Both the position numbers and the translations under genes were made by a program. Shown here piece by piece: positions 44,101 through 55,390 of a stretch of DNA of 64,000 nt; the stretch's first letter is position 1; each line of letters opens with the position of its first letter. This stretch comes from Azolla caroliniana (taxonomy: Eukaryota; Plantae; Polypodiophyta): positions 14,074,001 through 14,138,000 of the forward strand of contig JBHGNT010000020.1 in assembly GCA_043228905.1 (NCBI GenBank). Direction: 5' to 3'. The notes under the pieces were generated by a model. It had not been told where the DNA came from, did no database searches, and saw nothing but the letters and a program-made list of their open reading frames with translations.

Positions 44101-44661
44101 CCCGCCCCCACCGATCTTCAGCTCGCGGAGCGTCTCGTTGGTGAAGGTGTGTCCTATGCAGGCCCGATCTCGTAAGCTGGGGTCCGATGCAACCCCTTTA
44201 ATCCGGGATTCGCTGCCCTCCGGTAAGGGCGCCGCAACTGGCCTCACCTTCCGGTCCACAGTCTTGTACTTGGTGCTCACTCGGGCCGTCCGTTCCGACT
44301 CGAGCCCTCGACCGAAGTCCGCGATGACTTCGTACATTTCTTCGGAACATACCGGTATCGTCCGGTCTTCGTTAAGGTCTTCTTCGACTACCTTCCCCAG
44401 CATTCCCAAGGTGTCGTCGAAGGAGACTGCCTCCACGGCTCCGTTGATCCCTTCGTCAGGGCCGAGAACTCCGCACGCTCGAAGTCTCCCCTCCGTCTTT
44501 GTTTTCTCTCGGCCGGCGATGCCGACCATCGCACATGCTCCGCTGCCGGAGAAGCAAAATTTCCTACCTATTGTACACGGTTTTATCGTACAGTTGTGGG
44601 GTTTTTCCGGAGCATCCGGACTGTCGCGGCCCCACGCCTTGGCAGTCCTCTCTAAAAATCC
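41077..44661 (-). CDS. pol: Pol (RT-RH-INT) of H; 1-nt insertion at the stop extends it ~32 aa into the LTR
   Basis: Open frame nearly identical to D pol; GAAGAAATGAA vs GAGGAATGAA in D. Confidence 0.9.
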   Translation of the reverse strand, partial: GFLERTAKAWGRDSPDAPEKPHNCTIKPCTIGRKFCFSGSGACAMVGIAGREKTKTEGRLRACGVLGPDEGINGAVEAVSFDDTLGMLGKVVEEDLNEDRTIPVCSEEMYEVIADFGRGLESERTARVSTKYKTVDRKVRPVAAPLPEGSESRIKGVASDPSLRDRACIGHTFTNETLRELKIGGGGFLLPAEEDRFRRMLGRHGKAFAFSPEEIGCVDPTIVEPMVIFTVPHVPWNLKPISVPRAHIPKLMELLKQKVDMGILEPSSAPYSNRWFTVPKKNGSLRFIQDLQPVNRVTIRNAGIGPTIDEFAEAFAGRSIYSVGDLYSGYDQFQLAVESRDVTTMRTPLGLVRMCTLPQGGTNSVAHMVNAMNKVLRDCIPNITMPFLDDIPIKGCPVEEKDETVGPDGCRRFVTAHIDDCEKVLQRLEDARLTFSGEKSAFGQSEIMVVGHLCGPYGRKPSPAKIEAISAMKPDCSSVTEVRRFLGACAFYHIWIPHYAHVAEPLYGLLRKGRRFEWLDKHTESVRKLKEALSAAPALRKAVYGKGTPMYITVDTSPTGIGWVVNQEDEDGNRFPIRFGAKVLSERQRGYAQVKRELWGIVSAVKADKDYLIGTEVIIETDCMPILGMISGCATPDLAMLRWIAYIKSLDPEIRHISGKDNAMADMLSRARFDDEGGMVSEDEEVGVDFFETAYVTTDGTSTPALNDFDASKYDGEWLQIGGFLKTMTPDASWTKDEANRIRKKAYRFFLRDGYLWKHPKKRDGAPPRVVAMKEEQEELLTAYHDSPWAGHRGTWATFEKIKEKYWWPGLYQDVHRLVTTCESCQMHSVVRHRDELHPTYPPTIHFKWMVDLVTMPMGVGQMRYLVLAREDLTNQVEGRALPNKTTAAVCRFLIEDVICRYGCVGKIVADRGELDAEEAAELFDRLGVKLSLTTAYNPEANGKVERGHGPIVKALVRACRGQVGNWPRLLPYALWADRTTHSSVTGYMPTELMFGQKPIMPIERTISSWATVDWRDEMSREELLAARIRQLERRPEDVALAAEKLRVARTKNKARFDRTHRLRPKKIEEGDWVLVYDSSLDNQHRATWKFARRWFGPYVVRSANDNGTYHLTELDGTRMAIPVAGKRIKAFKKRHDDEPDPALLVSSDERSEDEEEPTGEEMKTGRFSPSQLSWCIPEDARLGGGGCREENRP

Positions 44662-46778
44662 TCTCGGCTTTCGGAACCGAGGGAGTCGCGGTTACGTTCG
44701 TGGTTCGGCCGTACCGTCAGAAACTGGACCGAATGGCGCCCGTCTTGGCTTTTGACCCTCGCGTAGGCCGAACCATTGTCCAGCACCTTGGTCTCCATTC
44801 GCGCCGCCGTGATGTACGGCTCTCCCAGTATGACCGGATGCGAAGACGTCTCCTGCACGAAGAAGTGCTGGTCAATCTCGACGTCGCCGATCTTGACTCG
44901 CACATTCGGACAGGCCCCGTGCAGTTCCTCGGTGGCGCGCGTTGCTGCCCTTATTTTCCACCCGTGCTTGGTGTTGATCGGCCATTTGCCCTTCTTATAG
45001 AAGTCCATGGACATCAAATTGATCTCCGATCCGTGGTCCACCAAAGCTATCACCGGTTCCTGGACATCGCCGATCTTTACCGGGGTTTCCGTGGTCGCTC
45101 GGGCCCAGTGTGGTCTCGAATAGTGGCTTTCCGCCCACTCGTCTCCCAGCGCCATGTCGTCTAGGTGCGTCGTCCGCACTTCCACCGGTCTTTCCGGTTC
45201 TGTCTCCGTCGACAGCCTCTTCCGTTTCACTAAGTCCACGATGGAGTCATGGAACTCCTTCTTGGCGATTCCCAGCACCTCCCGTAACGACAGCTCCACC
45301 TTGCTGTCGAGGATCCGTTCCTCCAGGACCTTTCGTAAGTCCGTGGTTCTTTCTATCTCCGTCCCCAGACGGTACCCGCCCTTCTGGGGTTTATCTTGCG
45401 TACCGGCCCCGCCGGCTTCGTCCCGTCGTGGCCCGGACCGGGTCTCGTATCGTTGTGAGGGCCCGGTCGTCCCGGGTTTCCCCACCCGCTTCTCTTCTAC
45501 CAGAGCCTCGTAGTTCCGGCAAGCGGCTTCCACGAAGCCCGTCTTTTCCTCGACCGGGTCGCTCCACCCGGTCATCTCCCGTACCCGTTTCTCCGCACGG
45601 TCCGATTCCTCCCCTTTAAGCCCTGCACCGGCAAGGCCTTCTAGCATCGTCGGCCAGAATCCGGCTTTGCTTTCCTTTCGGCCCTCGCCGCCCCCGACTC
45701 GAATGCCGGCCGACGCCGAGTAGTGGACGGTTTCCGCGTGCCGGGCCGCCGCCTCTTCCATCAACCTTTTCATACCACCTTTTCCGTCGTTTCGGCTCAG
45801 GGCCCTTCGGGTGTCGCTGGCATGCACCCGTCCTTCCCACAGGTACACCACCCCGTTCCTCAGCACCTCCGCGAAGTCGCCGCAGTCCTTCCGAATGTGG
45901 CCGACTTCATCGCACCACATGCACCTGTTTCCTGCCGCCGGCCGTCGGTCGCGAGCCGGTTCGCCTCCTTCCCTTCGGGCCTGCGCGATTTGGAGGTCCT
46001 TTATCGCCTTCGTCAATTCCTCCAGCGCCGCTCCTCCTGTTGAGCCTCTGACTACGCCGGTCGAAGCCGAACCGGTTTCCAACCACTCCCGGGTCTCTTC
46101 CTTGCGCACCTGTGGCGCTGGTTCGAGCTTCCTTGCTGCGACCGAGCCCGACCCGGTCGCCCCGTTATCCGCCCATTCTCGCCGTTTGTCGAAACGGCCA
46201 CAGACTTTCTTGACAGCCGCCCAGTCGGTAGTGAGCCCGTCTTCAGTTTCCAGCAAGAGGCCCACGTGCTCCCGATCCCGCTCGTCGACCGACTTGACAA
46301 ACAGCAAGACCCGGCTCGTGTCCAGGATGGTTCGGTCGAGCGCCGAAAGGCGCGCAAAGTTTTCCTCGAACTCCCGGAGGAGCGCCGACGCGTTTCTTCC
46401 CTTCCCCGGGGACTCCACCCATTCCATGAACCTTCGCTTCGAAAGCCGGAGCGCGTCGTCCAGCCCGTATTTCTCTAGGAGCCGACCTTCGAACTCCTCC
46501 CAGGTACGGCTCTCCGCCCGCACCTCGAGCACCTCCGCATGGATGCTCGGCATTGCCACTCGGGGAAATCCGGCAAGACGCCTTTCTTCCGGAATGTCCC
46601 GCATCAGCATCTCTGCACCGTAGGACGCCAAATACTTCGTGGCATCCTTCCCATCGAACCGGCCGATCGTGCCGACGACCGCCTCAATAGCTCTGTCGAG
46701 GGCACCGGTGCCCTCGCGCGCGTTTACAATCCGATCCACGGCCGAAGCCATGGCCTCCGCAAGATCCGACCCCCTCAT
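44652..46778 (-). CDS. gag: Gag-protease polyprotein of H
   Basis: Same length as and nearly identical to D gag-protease. Confidence 0.9.
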   Translation of the reverse strand: MRGSDLAEAMASAVDRIVNAREGTGALDRAIEAVVGTIGRFDGKDATKYLASYGAEMLMRDIPEERRLAGFPRVAMPSIHAEVLEVRAESRTWEEFEGRLLEKYGLDDALRLSKRRFMEWVESPGKGRNASALLREFEENFARLSALDRTILDTSRVLLFVKSVDERDREHVGLLLETEDGLTTDWAAVKKVCGRFDKRREWADNGATGSGSVAARKLEPAPQVRKEETREWLETGSASTGVVRGSTGGAALEELTKAIKDLQIAQARREGGEPARDRRPAAGNRCMWCDEVGHIRKDCGDFAEVLRNGVVYLWEGRVHASDTRRALSRNDGKGGMKRLMEEAAARHAETVHYSASAGIRVGGGEGRKESKAGFWPTMLEGLAGAGLKGEESDRAEKRVREMTGWSDPVEEKTGFVEAACRNYEALVEEKRVGKPGTTGPSQRYETRSGPRRDEAGGAGTQDKPQKGGYRLGTEIERTTDLRKVLEERILDSKVELSLREVLGIAKKEFHDSIVDLVKRKRLSTETEPERPVEVRTTHLDDMALGDEWAESHYSRPHWARATTETPVKIGDVQEPVIALVDHGSEINLMSMDFYKKGKWPINTKHGWKIRAATRATEELHGACPNVRVKIGDVEIDQHFFVQETSSHPVILGEPYITAARMETKVLDNGSAYARVKSQDGRHSVQFLTVRPNHERNRDSLGSESREDF

Positions 46779-46822
46779 CTTCTGCTCTTCTGCCGCCTCT
46801 TTCACGTCGGGTTCACCAATGA

Positions 46823-47610
46823 TGTCGAGTTTTTACGCAAGTGCGTGTGGAAACGAGGCGGGACCGCGGGGGTCTCGAACCAAAGAGCAAGCGAGGGAGG
46901 AGAAAGAGAGAGAACCGGCTACGCAGGACCGGGAATACACAGGGACACGGCCCTTCAGCACGGAGAACGCGAACGAACACCGACACAGACAGATGCGAAT
47001 GACTAAATATATATATCAAGAATGGCTAACACGACTACAACCCTCGATGGGGCACAGGTTGGTTACAACCGAGCAGGCCGGCGAACAGATGCCGATGCCT
47101 GTTCGCTTCGACGCACAAGGGGTAGCCGGTCGGAGGTGCTGCCGGAAGCACTCGGGCGTTCCTCGAAACAGCGCAAGCCTCCTCGGAACCCTGCACAGAA
47201 AGCTATGGAGCTCAAGAAGGAAGGAGACAGAGAGAGAAGCGTCCAGAAACGGTCCGGCAGCACTTCGTCCTCTCTGCGCGAGATGCCTGCAACAGCTCTT
47301 TCCCCGCTCTTATATAGTCCGACGAGCAGGCCGTCATGTCAGCTTTATTCCCTGTCCCTTTCGAACAGGGATCCGCTCCGTTCTTCACGCATCCGCGTAG
47401 TTACGCCGCCGACTCGTGCCGTCCTTTAGCTCGCGCGCGCGCTCGAAAGGACTGTTCGCGCGGTCTTTGTCTCCACTTGTGTTAGGGCCCGTTCCCGCCG
47501 ACTATCCTCCTAATTCGCTTCTATGTACAACTCGGAGCGTGCGCGCGTGAAGAACCGGTTCCCACGCCTTGGTGCGCCGATTCCGCCTATGGACGGTTTT
47601 CTTCACGACA
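46823..47610 (-). repeat. 5' LTR of Gypsy H
   Basis: Adjacent to the Trp PBS complement 46801-46818. Confidence 0.96.
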
Positions 47611-47634
47611 ACGCACGCACGTAACAACACGACA

Positions 47635-47682
47635 CCGTGTTGGCTATCTCACTTTCCATCCGGAGGGACCTGTTTCCTAACA
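47635..47682 (-). mobile_element. 48-bp remnant of a G/J-related Copia LTR terminus
   Basis: CCATCCGGAGGGACCTGTTTCCTAACA resembles the G LTR end CCATCCGGAGGGACCGAAATCCCAACA; interrupts a chromodomain. Confidence 0.65.
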
Positions 47683-50243
47683 CATTCTCGATCGGTTCCC
47701 AAGTACGTTCGTTGGGACTATAGCCTAGCCAATCGACTAGATAGTAGAGCTTGTTGCGAACAATCTTGGAATCAAGGATGGCGGCAACCTCGTACTCTGG
47801 TCCATCTTCAAGCTCAATCGGGGGTGGAGGTTGTATAATACGTCCTAGGATGGTGCTCTCGTAATAGGTTTCGAGGAGAGAACTATGAAACACCGGATGT
47901 ATCCGAAGTTGAGGAGGTAGATCGAGACGAAAAGCGACATCATTAATCTTTCCGATAATACGAAAAGGACCTAATTGCCGATAATCCAACTTCTCACATG
48001 GGTGAGTAGTCTTGATGTGTCGTCGTAGCAGCCACACCCGATCTCCAATGTTAAAACTAGTTAGAAGTCAATGACGATCCGCGTAGACCTTGTGTGTTTG
48101 GTGAGCTTGCTGGAGATGAGTAGATAAATCTGCTTGTATCTTGCGTAACTGCTCCAAACGATCCTCCGCGCAAGGATTTGTGGACACCTCTGAGGTTTCA
48201 AGTACACTCCACCGAGGGTGACATCCCGTATAAGCATAAAATGACGTAACTTTCGTGGATGCGTAGATAGAGTTGTTATAGGCAAATTCGGCAAAGTGGA
48301 GAATATCTGCCCAGTCATCCTGATGATAGCTGAGAAAGCACCGCAGATACTGCTCCAACGTTTGATTTGTTCGTTCGGCTTGGCCATCGGTTTGTGGGTG
48401 GTAGCCGGAGGAGAGGTTACAAGTGACCTTGAGCATTTTAAAAAGGTGCTTCCAGAATTTTGACACGAACTGGGGTCCACGGTCACTGACGATACTATCG
48501 GGAAGTCCATGATGCTGACATACTTCACGCATGACAATTTCGGTGGTGTCTTCACTGGAGATTTCCTTAGTACATGGCAAGAAATGAGCCATCTTTGTAT
48601 ATCGATCTACTACTGTTAGAATCGCATTGAACCCCTTAGAGACTGGAAGATCTGTGATGAAGTCGAGAGCAATGGATTGCCACGGCTTGCTTGGAATTGA
48701 TAATGCTTTTAATAAACCATATGGATGATGCCTTGGCATTTTTGCTCTGCAGCATGTATCACAAGTCCGAACAAAATCTTCGACAAATTGTCGCATACGG
48801 GGCCACCAGAATGATCGTTGTACTAAATCTAATGTTTTAGTACTACCAAAATGCCCAGCTGTATATGTGTTATGACAGTTTTGTACTACTCGAAGGCGGC
48901 AAGAACCATTAGGAACATACAAAAGTTCTTTAAAGAAGATAATCCATCATGGTATTTGAATTGCCGATAGTCCATACCTGGTGGTTGTGACTGTGAACAC
49001 AATGCTCAAGAGGGATCAATTTGTGCTAGTATAGCTTGGGCGAAAGCATCTGTCTTCAGGTCCGCGCGTATGATATTGATAACGTGGGAATCCATGGGCA
49101 TGCCAAAAACCTGTGATGCTTGTAGTCGTGTCGGTCCCAAGATTACTTGCTTTTGGTTATCGAAAGTTGGCTTGCCAGGACGCAGTTTTAGATATGAACG
49201 CAGTGATAATGCATCTGCCTTCCATTGGTGCTTCCCCGGACGATATTTAATTTTGAAGTCCAAACGCATGAAGAAGTGGGCCCACCGAGCTTGACGTCGA
49301 TTTAACACATGAGCATCCTTAAAGTAGGCAAGGTTTTTATGGTCAATGAATATGGTGACTTGATGAGAGGATCCCTCTGAAAAATGCCTCCATTGCATAA
49401 ACGAGTCCACTATTGCCAATAGCTCCTTATCATGAATTTCGTAATGGATTTCGGCGGCGTCAAACTTGCGTGAGTGAAAAGCCACAGGATGTAGCTTCTC
49501 ATCATGACCCCGTTGTGACAGAATGCTCCCCAATGCAAAATCCGAATGTAGCTTCGATAATGAATGGTTGTTCTGGATCGACATGAGCTAGAATTGGAGC
49601 CGATGTAAATGGCTTTTTAAGACTCTCGAAAGCCATATCTGCTTCTTCAGACCAAACGAACGATTGTCCCTTCCTGGTAAGTTGTGTGAGAGGCAGAACG
49701 AGCTTTGAGTAATCTTGTATAAACTTCCGGTAAAAATTGGCAAAGCCTAAAAAGCATTGCACATCCCGCACCGAGCGCAGAGCCTGCCATTCTACCATTG
49801 TCTTGACCTTAGTTGGGTCCATGGAGATGCCTTCTGATGAAATGACGTAGCCGAGAAATTCCACCTGGTTGCACCCGAAACTACATTTTTCTAGCTTTGC
49901 GTAAAGACCATGTTCTCAAAGTCGTTTTAGTACTAACAGTACATGAGAATCATGCTCTTCTTCGGTCTTTGAATAAACCAGTAGATCATCCAAGTAGATG
50001 ATCAGACACACATCCAAGAGATCTCGGAATATATCATTTGCCATGTGTTGGAAGACTGTTGGCGCATTAGTGAGGCCGAACGGCATGACCGTATACTCGA
50101 AGTGCCCATATCTAGTGCGGAACGCGGTCTTCCATTCATCTCCTAGTCGGATCCGTACAAGGTTATAGGGCCCCTATAAGTCAATCTTTGTGAAGAACCT
50201 GACACCATTGATCCGTTCTAAAAGACTTGAGATAAGGGGAAGT
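47683..50243 (-). pseudogene. pol: Tcn1-like chromovirus pol (RT, RH, INT, GPY/F, chromodomain), degenerate
   Basis: [38 protein letters not shown]...YYLVDWLGYSPNERTWEP. Confidence 0.92.
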
Positions 50244-50284
50244 TAATCATTTAACTCTTCTTCTAACTAATATCCTATGTATTA

Positions 50285-50357
50285 CAATAGATGATATAAT
50301 GGTCAAGAGCTCGACCCATATAACCTAAGTTCATGGGTTCGAGTCTTGCCAGATCAT
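50285..50357 (+). other. Degenerate tRNA-like/SINE-head segment
   Basis: A-box TGATATAATGG 50292-50302 and B-box GGTTCGAGTCT 50336-50346, 33 nt apart; stems poorly paired. Confidence 0.4.
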
Positions 50358-50364
50358 GACACTA

Positions 50365-51450
50365 GTTGGCAATATTGTATGTAATCTATTAGCCAAAATC
50401 AATGTGAAAATCTTATAAATCCCCCCCATCAAAGATATAGGCCTCCATTGAGCAAAGGACATTGGAGATGGCACTTTAGGTAACAGTTTTATTAAACCAA
50501 TCTTCCAAGATTGTGGCATGTGCCCTGTGAACCAAACATTCTGGAATAGAATTGCAAAGGACCTCTTCAAGTGTGTATTATATTTCTTAAAGAATTCATT
50601 TGTTAAACCATCCCAACCAGGACTCTTACCATTCACAAGATGAGAAATCACATTTTCTACCTCAACCTTTGATATATCTGCATCCAAAACATTAGAAACC
50701 TCTATTGATACATGATTTGTAACTTCCTTCAAGAACACCTCTCGAGCATAATTAACAGTTTCATCACCATGAGTTTCTACATCTAACAATTGCTTATAAT
50801 AATCCACACATTTTGTCACAATCATATGAGGATCCATAATCATCCTCCCATTTTCTTATAACCGCACCACATTATACCTCGCATGTGATTCATGAAGGGC
50901 ATGAAAGAAATTGTGTGATTGACAATTACAATCATCCACTTCTTGTCTCAACTTATGTAGTCTAGCTTGTTGATAACTCTTAACCTTCATATCACATAAC
51001 GAGGTTGATAATATTTTGTGAATATCCAATAATTGCTCATCCATTGGCCAATAACTTAGTAATGCATTACATCGTCCCAACAATGTAACCAAAGCCTTTA
51101 TTTTTCTTCTTCTCTTAAAGGCATTATACATTCCATAAAATCTAGATTGCTTTTGCACATTTACAACAAATACATCCCAAGCCTCGAATCCAACATCTTG
51201 AACATGTAAATTGAATTTCTCAATCAATTGACACATGTAACCATGAAATACTTCATGGTCTAAAAAAGATGAATTAAAACGAAGAGGAGGTTGTCTTAAG
51301 AAATATTTAAATTGATCAACTGATTTATGCGCAAACTCAAACACTAATGGAAAATGATCTGAAAGAACCAAATCATAAGAAATGGAAATATCCAAAATCT
51401 CTAGCAAGAAAGAATCAGTATGCATAATATACATACGATCTAACCTACTC
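50365..51450 (-). pseudogene. LINE (L1/Tx1-like) ORF2 fragment: endonuclease end to RT start
   Basis: SRLDRMY, SDHFPL, KSPGWDGLTNEFFK, WRPISLMGGIYKIF. Confidence 0.88.
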
Positions 51451-51531
51451 TCTCTCTCTCTCTCTCTCTCTCCCCTACTCACGAGTCTCAACAGTTTGAA
51501 CTGAATGAATTGTGATGAATGAATAAACACC

Positions 51532-51573
51532 TATTTATAGGTCCTTATGGTGTATTCTAGAATGTTCTAGAAT
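51532..51573 (-). promoter_or_regulatory. Four-unit heat-shock element next to a TATA box
   Basis: aTTCt aGAAt gTTCt aGAAt at 51554-51573; TATAAATA on minus strand at 51532-51539. Confidence 0.55.
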
Positions 51574-51606
51574 ACTTTAAATATCTTGTAATAACTAATA
51601 AAACAG

Positions 51607-52222
51607 AGGAGCTACCAAAGACACTTCCGCCACAACAATCAATTGATCATCAAATTCCTCTCGTTCTAGGAAGCATGCCACCTACAAAAGCTCCCTACCG
51701 AATGAATGTGGCACAATTGGAAGAGTTTAAAAAGCAATTACAAGAATTGGAAGATTGTGGCTTTATCCGGCCGAGCAATTCTTCTTACAGTGCCTTGCTA
51801 ATATATGACGCAAAGGATGACACAATGAGATTATGCATGGATTATAGGGCTTTGAACAAATTTACAATTAAGAGTATCCTATACCAATGAGATTATAGGG
51901 CTGATTTACTCAAGGTGCCCAATATTTCTCATAGATCAATTTGTGTTCTGGATACCATCAAATCCGGATAACAATGGAGGACATTGAGAAAACTGTGTTT
52001 TGTACTAGATATGGCAGTTTTGAGTGGTTGGTCATGAGCTTCGAATTGACTGGAGCACCGAGGACCTTTTGCAAGCTAGGGAATGATCTTTTCTTGGACT
52101 ATCTAGATAAGTTTGTAACAATATACATTGACAATTTGCTAATTTTTAGCAAGACTTGTTTGGAAGAGCACAAGCTACATGTCACTAAGGTGTTACAACG
52201 GCTAAGAGAGCATAAGTTATGA
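51607..52222 (+). pseudogene. pol: Ty3/gypsy RT fragment (different family)
   Basis: LPPQQSIDHQIPL, APYRM, LCMDYRALNK, SGYHQIRI, IYIDN. Confidence 0.82.
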
Positions 52223-53451
52223 TAGATAGTGAGAAAGGCCAAAGGCAATTCTCATTATTTATCACAAGGTATATAAGGTAATAAACAACGAGGGTTTTTT
52301 TGTGCCTGCCAAACCATTTTCTTGTGTGTCTTTTTTCTGTGTGTTGTTTGGTCTTCTTCTTTGTAGAAAAACAAGAAGTTGTTTGCTACTCCTTGCTCAA
52401 ATAATAGTGGTATCAGAGCGAAGGACTTTGTGAAAGACGTTGTTTGTGGTAGGAATCGTTTTTCTCTCTGTATTTACCCCTCTTTGCGTATGCTGTTTGC
52501 AAAAACTCGCCAAACAAAGGTAATATCTATTACTTGCTGCTGTTACAACTCATTTTCTCCCTCTTTTGTGAGCCATTTTTGCTTTGGAACACATCATTCA
52601 AGAGGTATTTTCCCTCCTTTGACCTAGAGGCAATAGAAATAGTAAATACATATTTACTAGTCTTTGGTTTTTCACAAGAGAGGAGTGTTTCTGGTATACA
52701 AAAAGAGGATTTGCATGTTAAATGTTTGCTCACTTGAGGTGAGATTGTAAAATTGGAAGTTGTGTTTTAGTCGCACTCCATTTACCTTTGGCTGAAATAC
52801 GAGTGAGATGTCGTTCATAGGCGAACACAGATAGTTCTTGTTTTTTAGGGCACACGATAGTTACATATACATATTATCTTTTGAACAAGGTGATAGTTGT
52901 ATTTGAGACCAACTAGTGAGTAGCGTCCCAACTCTCATTAGGTGTTTAGAGTTGCAATCACCTAGGCTTACTTACCACTTAATGGCCTCCGAAATCTCTA
53001 AGGTTTCGGAGGCCATTTAGTCGCACTCCATTTACCTTTGGCTGAAATACGAGTGAGATGTCGTTCATAGGCGAACACAGATAGTTCTTGTTTTTTAGGG
53101 CACACGATAGTTACATATACATATTATCTTTTGAACAAGGTGATAGTTGTATTTGAGACCAACTAGTGAGTAGCGTCCCAACTCTCATTAGGTGTTTAGA
53201 GTTGCAATCACCTAGGCTTACTTACCACTTAATGGCCTCCGAAATGTCTAAGGTTTCGAGTACCTCATGCGGTGGTTCCTTTAATTCCCATAGAAATCAC
53301 TCAATGAGTGGAAAAGACCACCTTGAGATCTATAAATTTGATGGATCTAACTTCGCCTTGTGGAAGAATCAAGTGAGAGATGTTTTGATTTAAAGAAGGC
53401 AATTAAGGCCATTAGATGGCAAAGCCAAGAGACTTGAGGGCATGACCAATG
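52223..53451 (+). mobile_element. Tnt1-like Copia 5' fragment (LTR remnant, Met PBS, long leader, gag start)
   Basis: TGGTATCAGAGC 52408-52419; MSGKDHLEIYKFDGSNFALWK from ~53304; left boundary approximate. Confidence 0.72.
52766..53258. repeat. 250-bp tandem duplication
   Basis: TTTAGTCGCACTCC... at 52766 and 53016, copies nearly identical. Confidence 0.95.
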
Positions 53452-54593
53452 ACTCAGGTCGACAGCCGGATCGGTGTGAGAATCTTCGTGGGACCTCGGT
53501 TTGCCCGCCTTGCCGCCGCCACCGCCCGTCGATCTAGGTCTCACGCTGGCACTCGGGCCGACCACCGGAGCCTCTAGGGCCGGTGTGTGTAAGGTCGTCG
53601 CACCACCGCTTGTCTCCTCCGTCCTCCGCATCAGCCTCTTCGGCTGGTCGCGTTCACCTGTTGCCATCGTTCTCTCCTACAGGACTCACACCGGCACTCG
53701 TTGCCGATTGCCGGATCGGTGTGAGGATCTTCGCAAACCGCCCATCCGCAGTCCTTTGTCTTCGTCCCCTTGCCGCCACCGATCGCCACTCTAGGTCTCA
53801 TGCCGGCTCTCGGGCCGACCGCCGGAGTCTCTGGAACCGGTGTGAAGGATCCTCCTTGGGCTCATCGTATCCTTGACCCTTATCCCGAGTCTTCCTTCTT
53901 CAGCAAGCCGAGAGGGTGGCTCGCTCCACACCCTCTCCCGTGGTACCAACGTACCGTGTTCTCGGCCTCTCGTAGGCCTGCTCTCTTCCTCCCTCCCGGA
54001 ATGGTTATCCGGGAGTCCGCTCCGCCCGGTTCTCATCTGGGTTCGTTCGTCATTCTCTGGATTGCCGGGTCCCGTTCTCCTGTTGCCACCGACCTCTCCT
54101 ATAGGACTCATGCCAGCACTCGGGCCGACAGCCGGCTCGGTGTGAAGATCTCCGTAGGACTGGTCTTCGCTCTCCTCTTCATCCCCTGTACTTCTCCCGA
54201 ACTCGTCGTCGCTCTCCTTGTTGTGTTCCCGCCTCCATCTTCCATCTCTCCAGGTCTCACGCCGGCGCTCGTTGCCGGCTACCTGAGTCTCCGGATAAGA
54301 CGTGGTGTTTCCGTCCCGTAATGATTTGCGGACGCTCGTTCAGGGTACCGCTCCCCAAGCACGTTTGGTGAGAAGCATCTGGACTTCGATCGATCAAATG
54401 CCGCCTGCACTTGATTCTCCAATGTCCAGAGTTTCGGGCAGCGGTGTTCGAAACCTACCGGTCTCTCTCTGCAACCTCGATCGCTAGCTTCCCGATTTGC
54501 GGCCTTCGCCTAGCCGGCTTGTGTCCTCATGTAAAAGAGGGAGATTTGTTGCGCACCCTCTTCCGCACGGGCATTATTGTACCGAACCGAGCC

Positions 54594-55390
54594 CTACCGA
54601 TCGGGCTTTATAGCCCATCCCCGGTCTTTCGCGCCTTGGGCCGGTTTCGTTCGAGTCATCCACATCCAGATCACGCTCCATCCGAATCGGAATGCCGATC
54701 TTTCCGTGCCACCTCCGTCCTTGGCCTCCTCGCAGGCCGTTTCCCATCCCTCTTCGCTGGCATCGTGCCAGGACTCCTCGTCGGCGCCTTCCTTCTCTCC
54801 GGTCTCATGTCGGCACACGGGCTCGACCACCGGAGTCTCCGGAATCCGCATGGAGGGCTCTTCTCCACTCCCGAGCTTGTCCTCGGTCAGAATTTCTCCG
54901 CAAGTCGAGAGGGCGTTTTGTTCCGGACCCTCTCCCGTCGTACCGTCATACCAATCTCCTGCCATCGCGTGGGGCAAGTCCGTCTCCTCGGTCTCGGCTT
55001 GTGGCCTCGATCTTTCCTCTTCCTCGAGCATCGCCTCGAGAGCTGCATACGCCTCCACAATCTTGGCCCCAACGCCAACCCTTTCCGATTCTCTTTGTCG
55101 TTCGGCCTCTTCCCGTTGTGATGGTACGCCGTCGTGTGCCTTCCTCTTAGCCTTCTCGGCTCGCTCATTGTCTAGCCGTTGGCAAACCCTTCCGACCTTC
55201 GACCAGTCCTTCGTAAGCCCATTCGCTCCGTCATCGTCTTCGAGCTCAATCCCGATGGCCTCCCGTTCCACTCGGTCGATCGACCTGACGAATAATAGGA
55301 CTTTGTCCGCCCCCACCAAACCTTGTTCCCGCTCCGGGACCCAAGCAAGTCGTCGCTCGAACTCTCAGAACGCCTTTGTTGCACCCCGAT
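54594..55390 (-). pseudogene. Gag-derived ORF remnant of E2
   Basis: KVLLFVRSIDRVEREAIG...GLTKDWSKVGRVC aligns with C/D RVLLFVKSVDERDREQVG...GLTTDWAAVKKVC. Confidence 0.78.

Larger units (their letters stand above)
40313..47610 (-). mobile_element. Full-length Gypsy element H (C/D family)
   Basis: 788-bp LTRs 40313-41100 and 46823-47610 with one difference seen; TSD ACGC 40309-40312/47611-47614; Trp PBS; PPT. Confidence 0.97.
39303..47634 (+). mobile_element. 3' end of E-family element E' (integrase-tail remnant, PPT, LTR split by H)
   Basis: PVAANN...KRHEDEPD resembles C/D PVAGKR...KRHDDEPD; PPT 39500-39516; LTR 39517-40312 resumes 47615-47634 and ends ACACGACA, then CCGT. Confidence 0.82.

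Noticed and set aside
23842-47634. E+E' as a single element with terminal inverted repeats and a CCGG/CCGT near-TSD
   Set aside because: The outer flanks are different hosts and the two LTRs are clearly diverged; shared target preference explains the similarity
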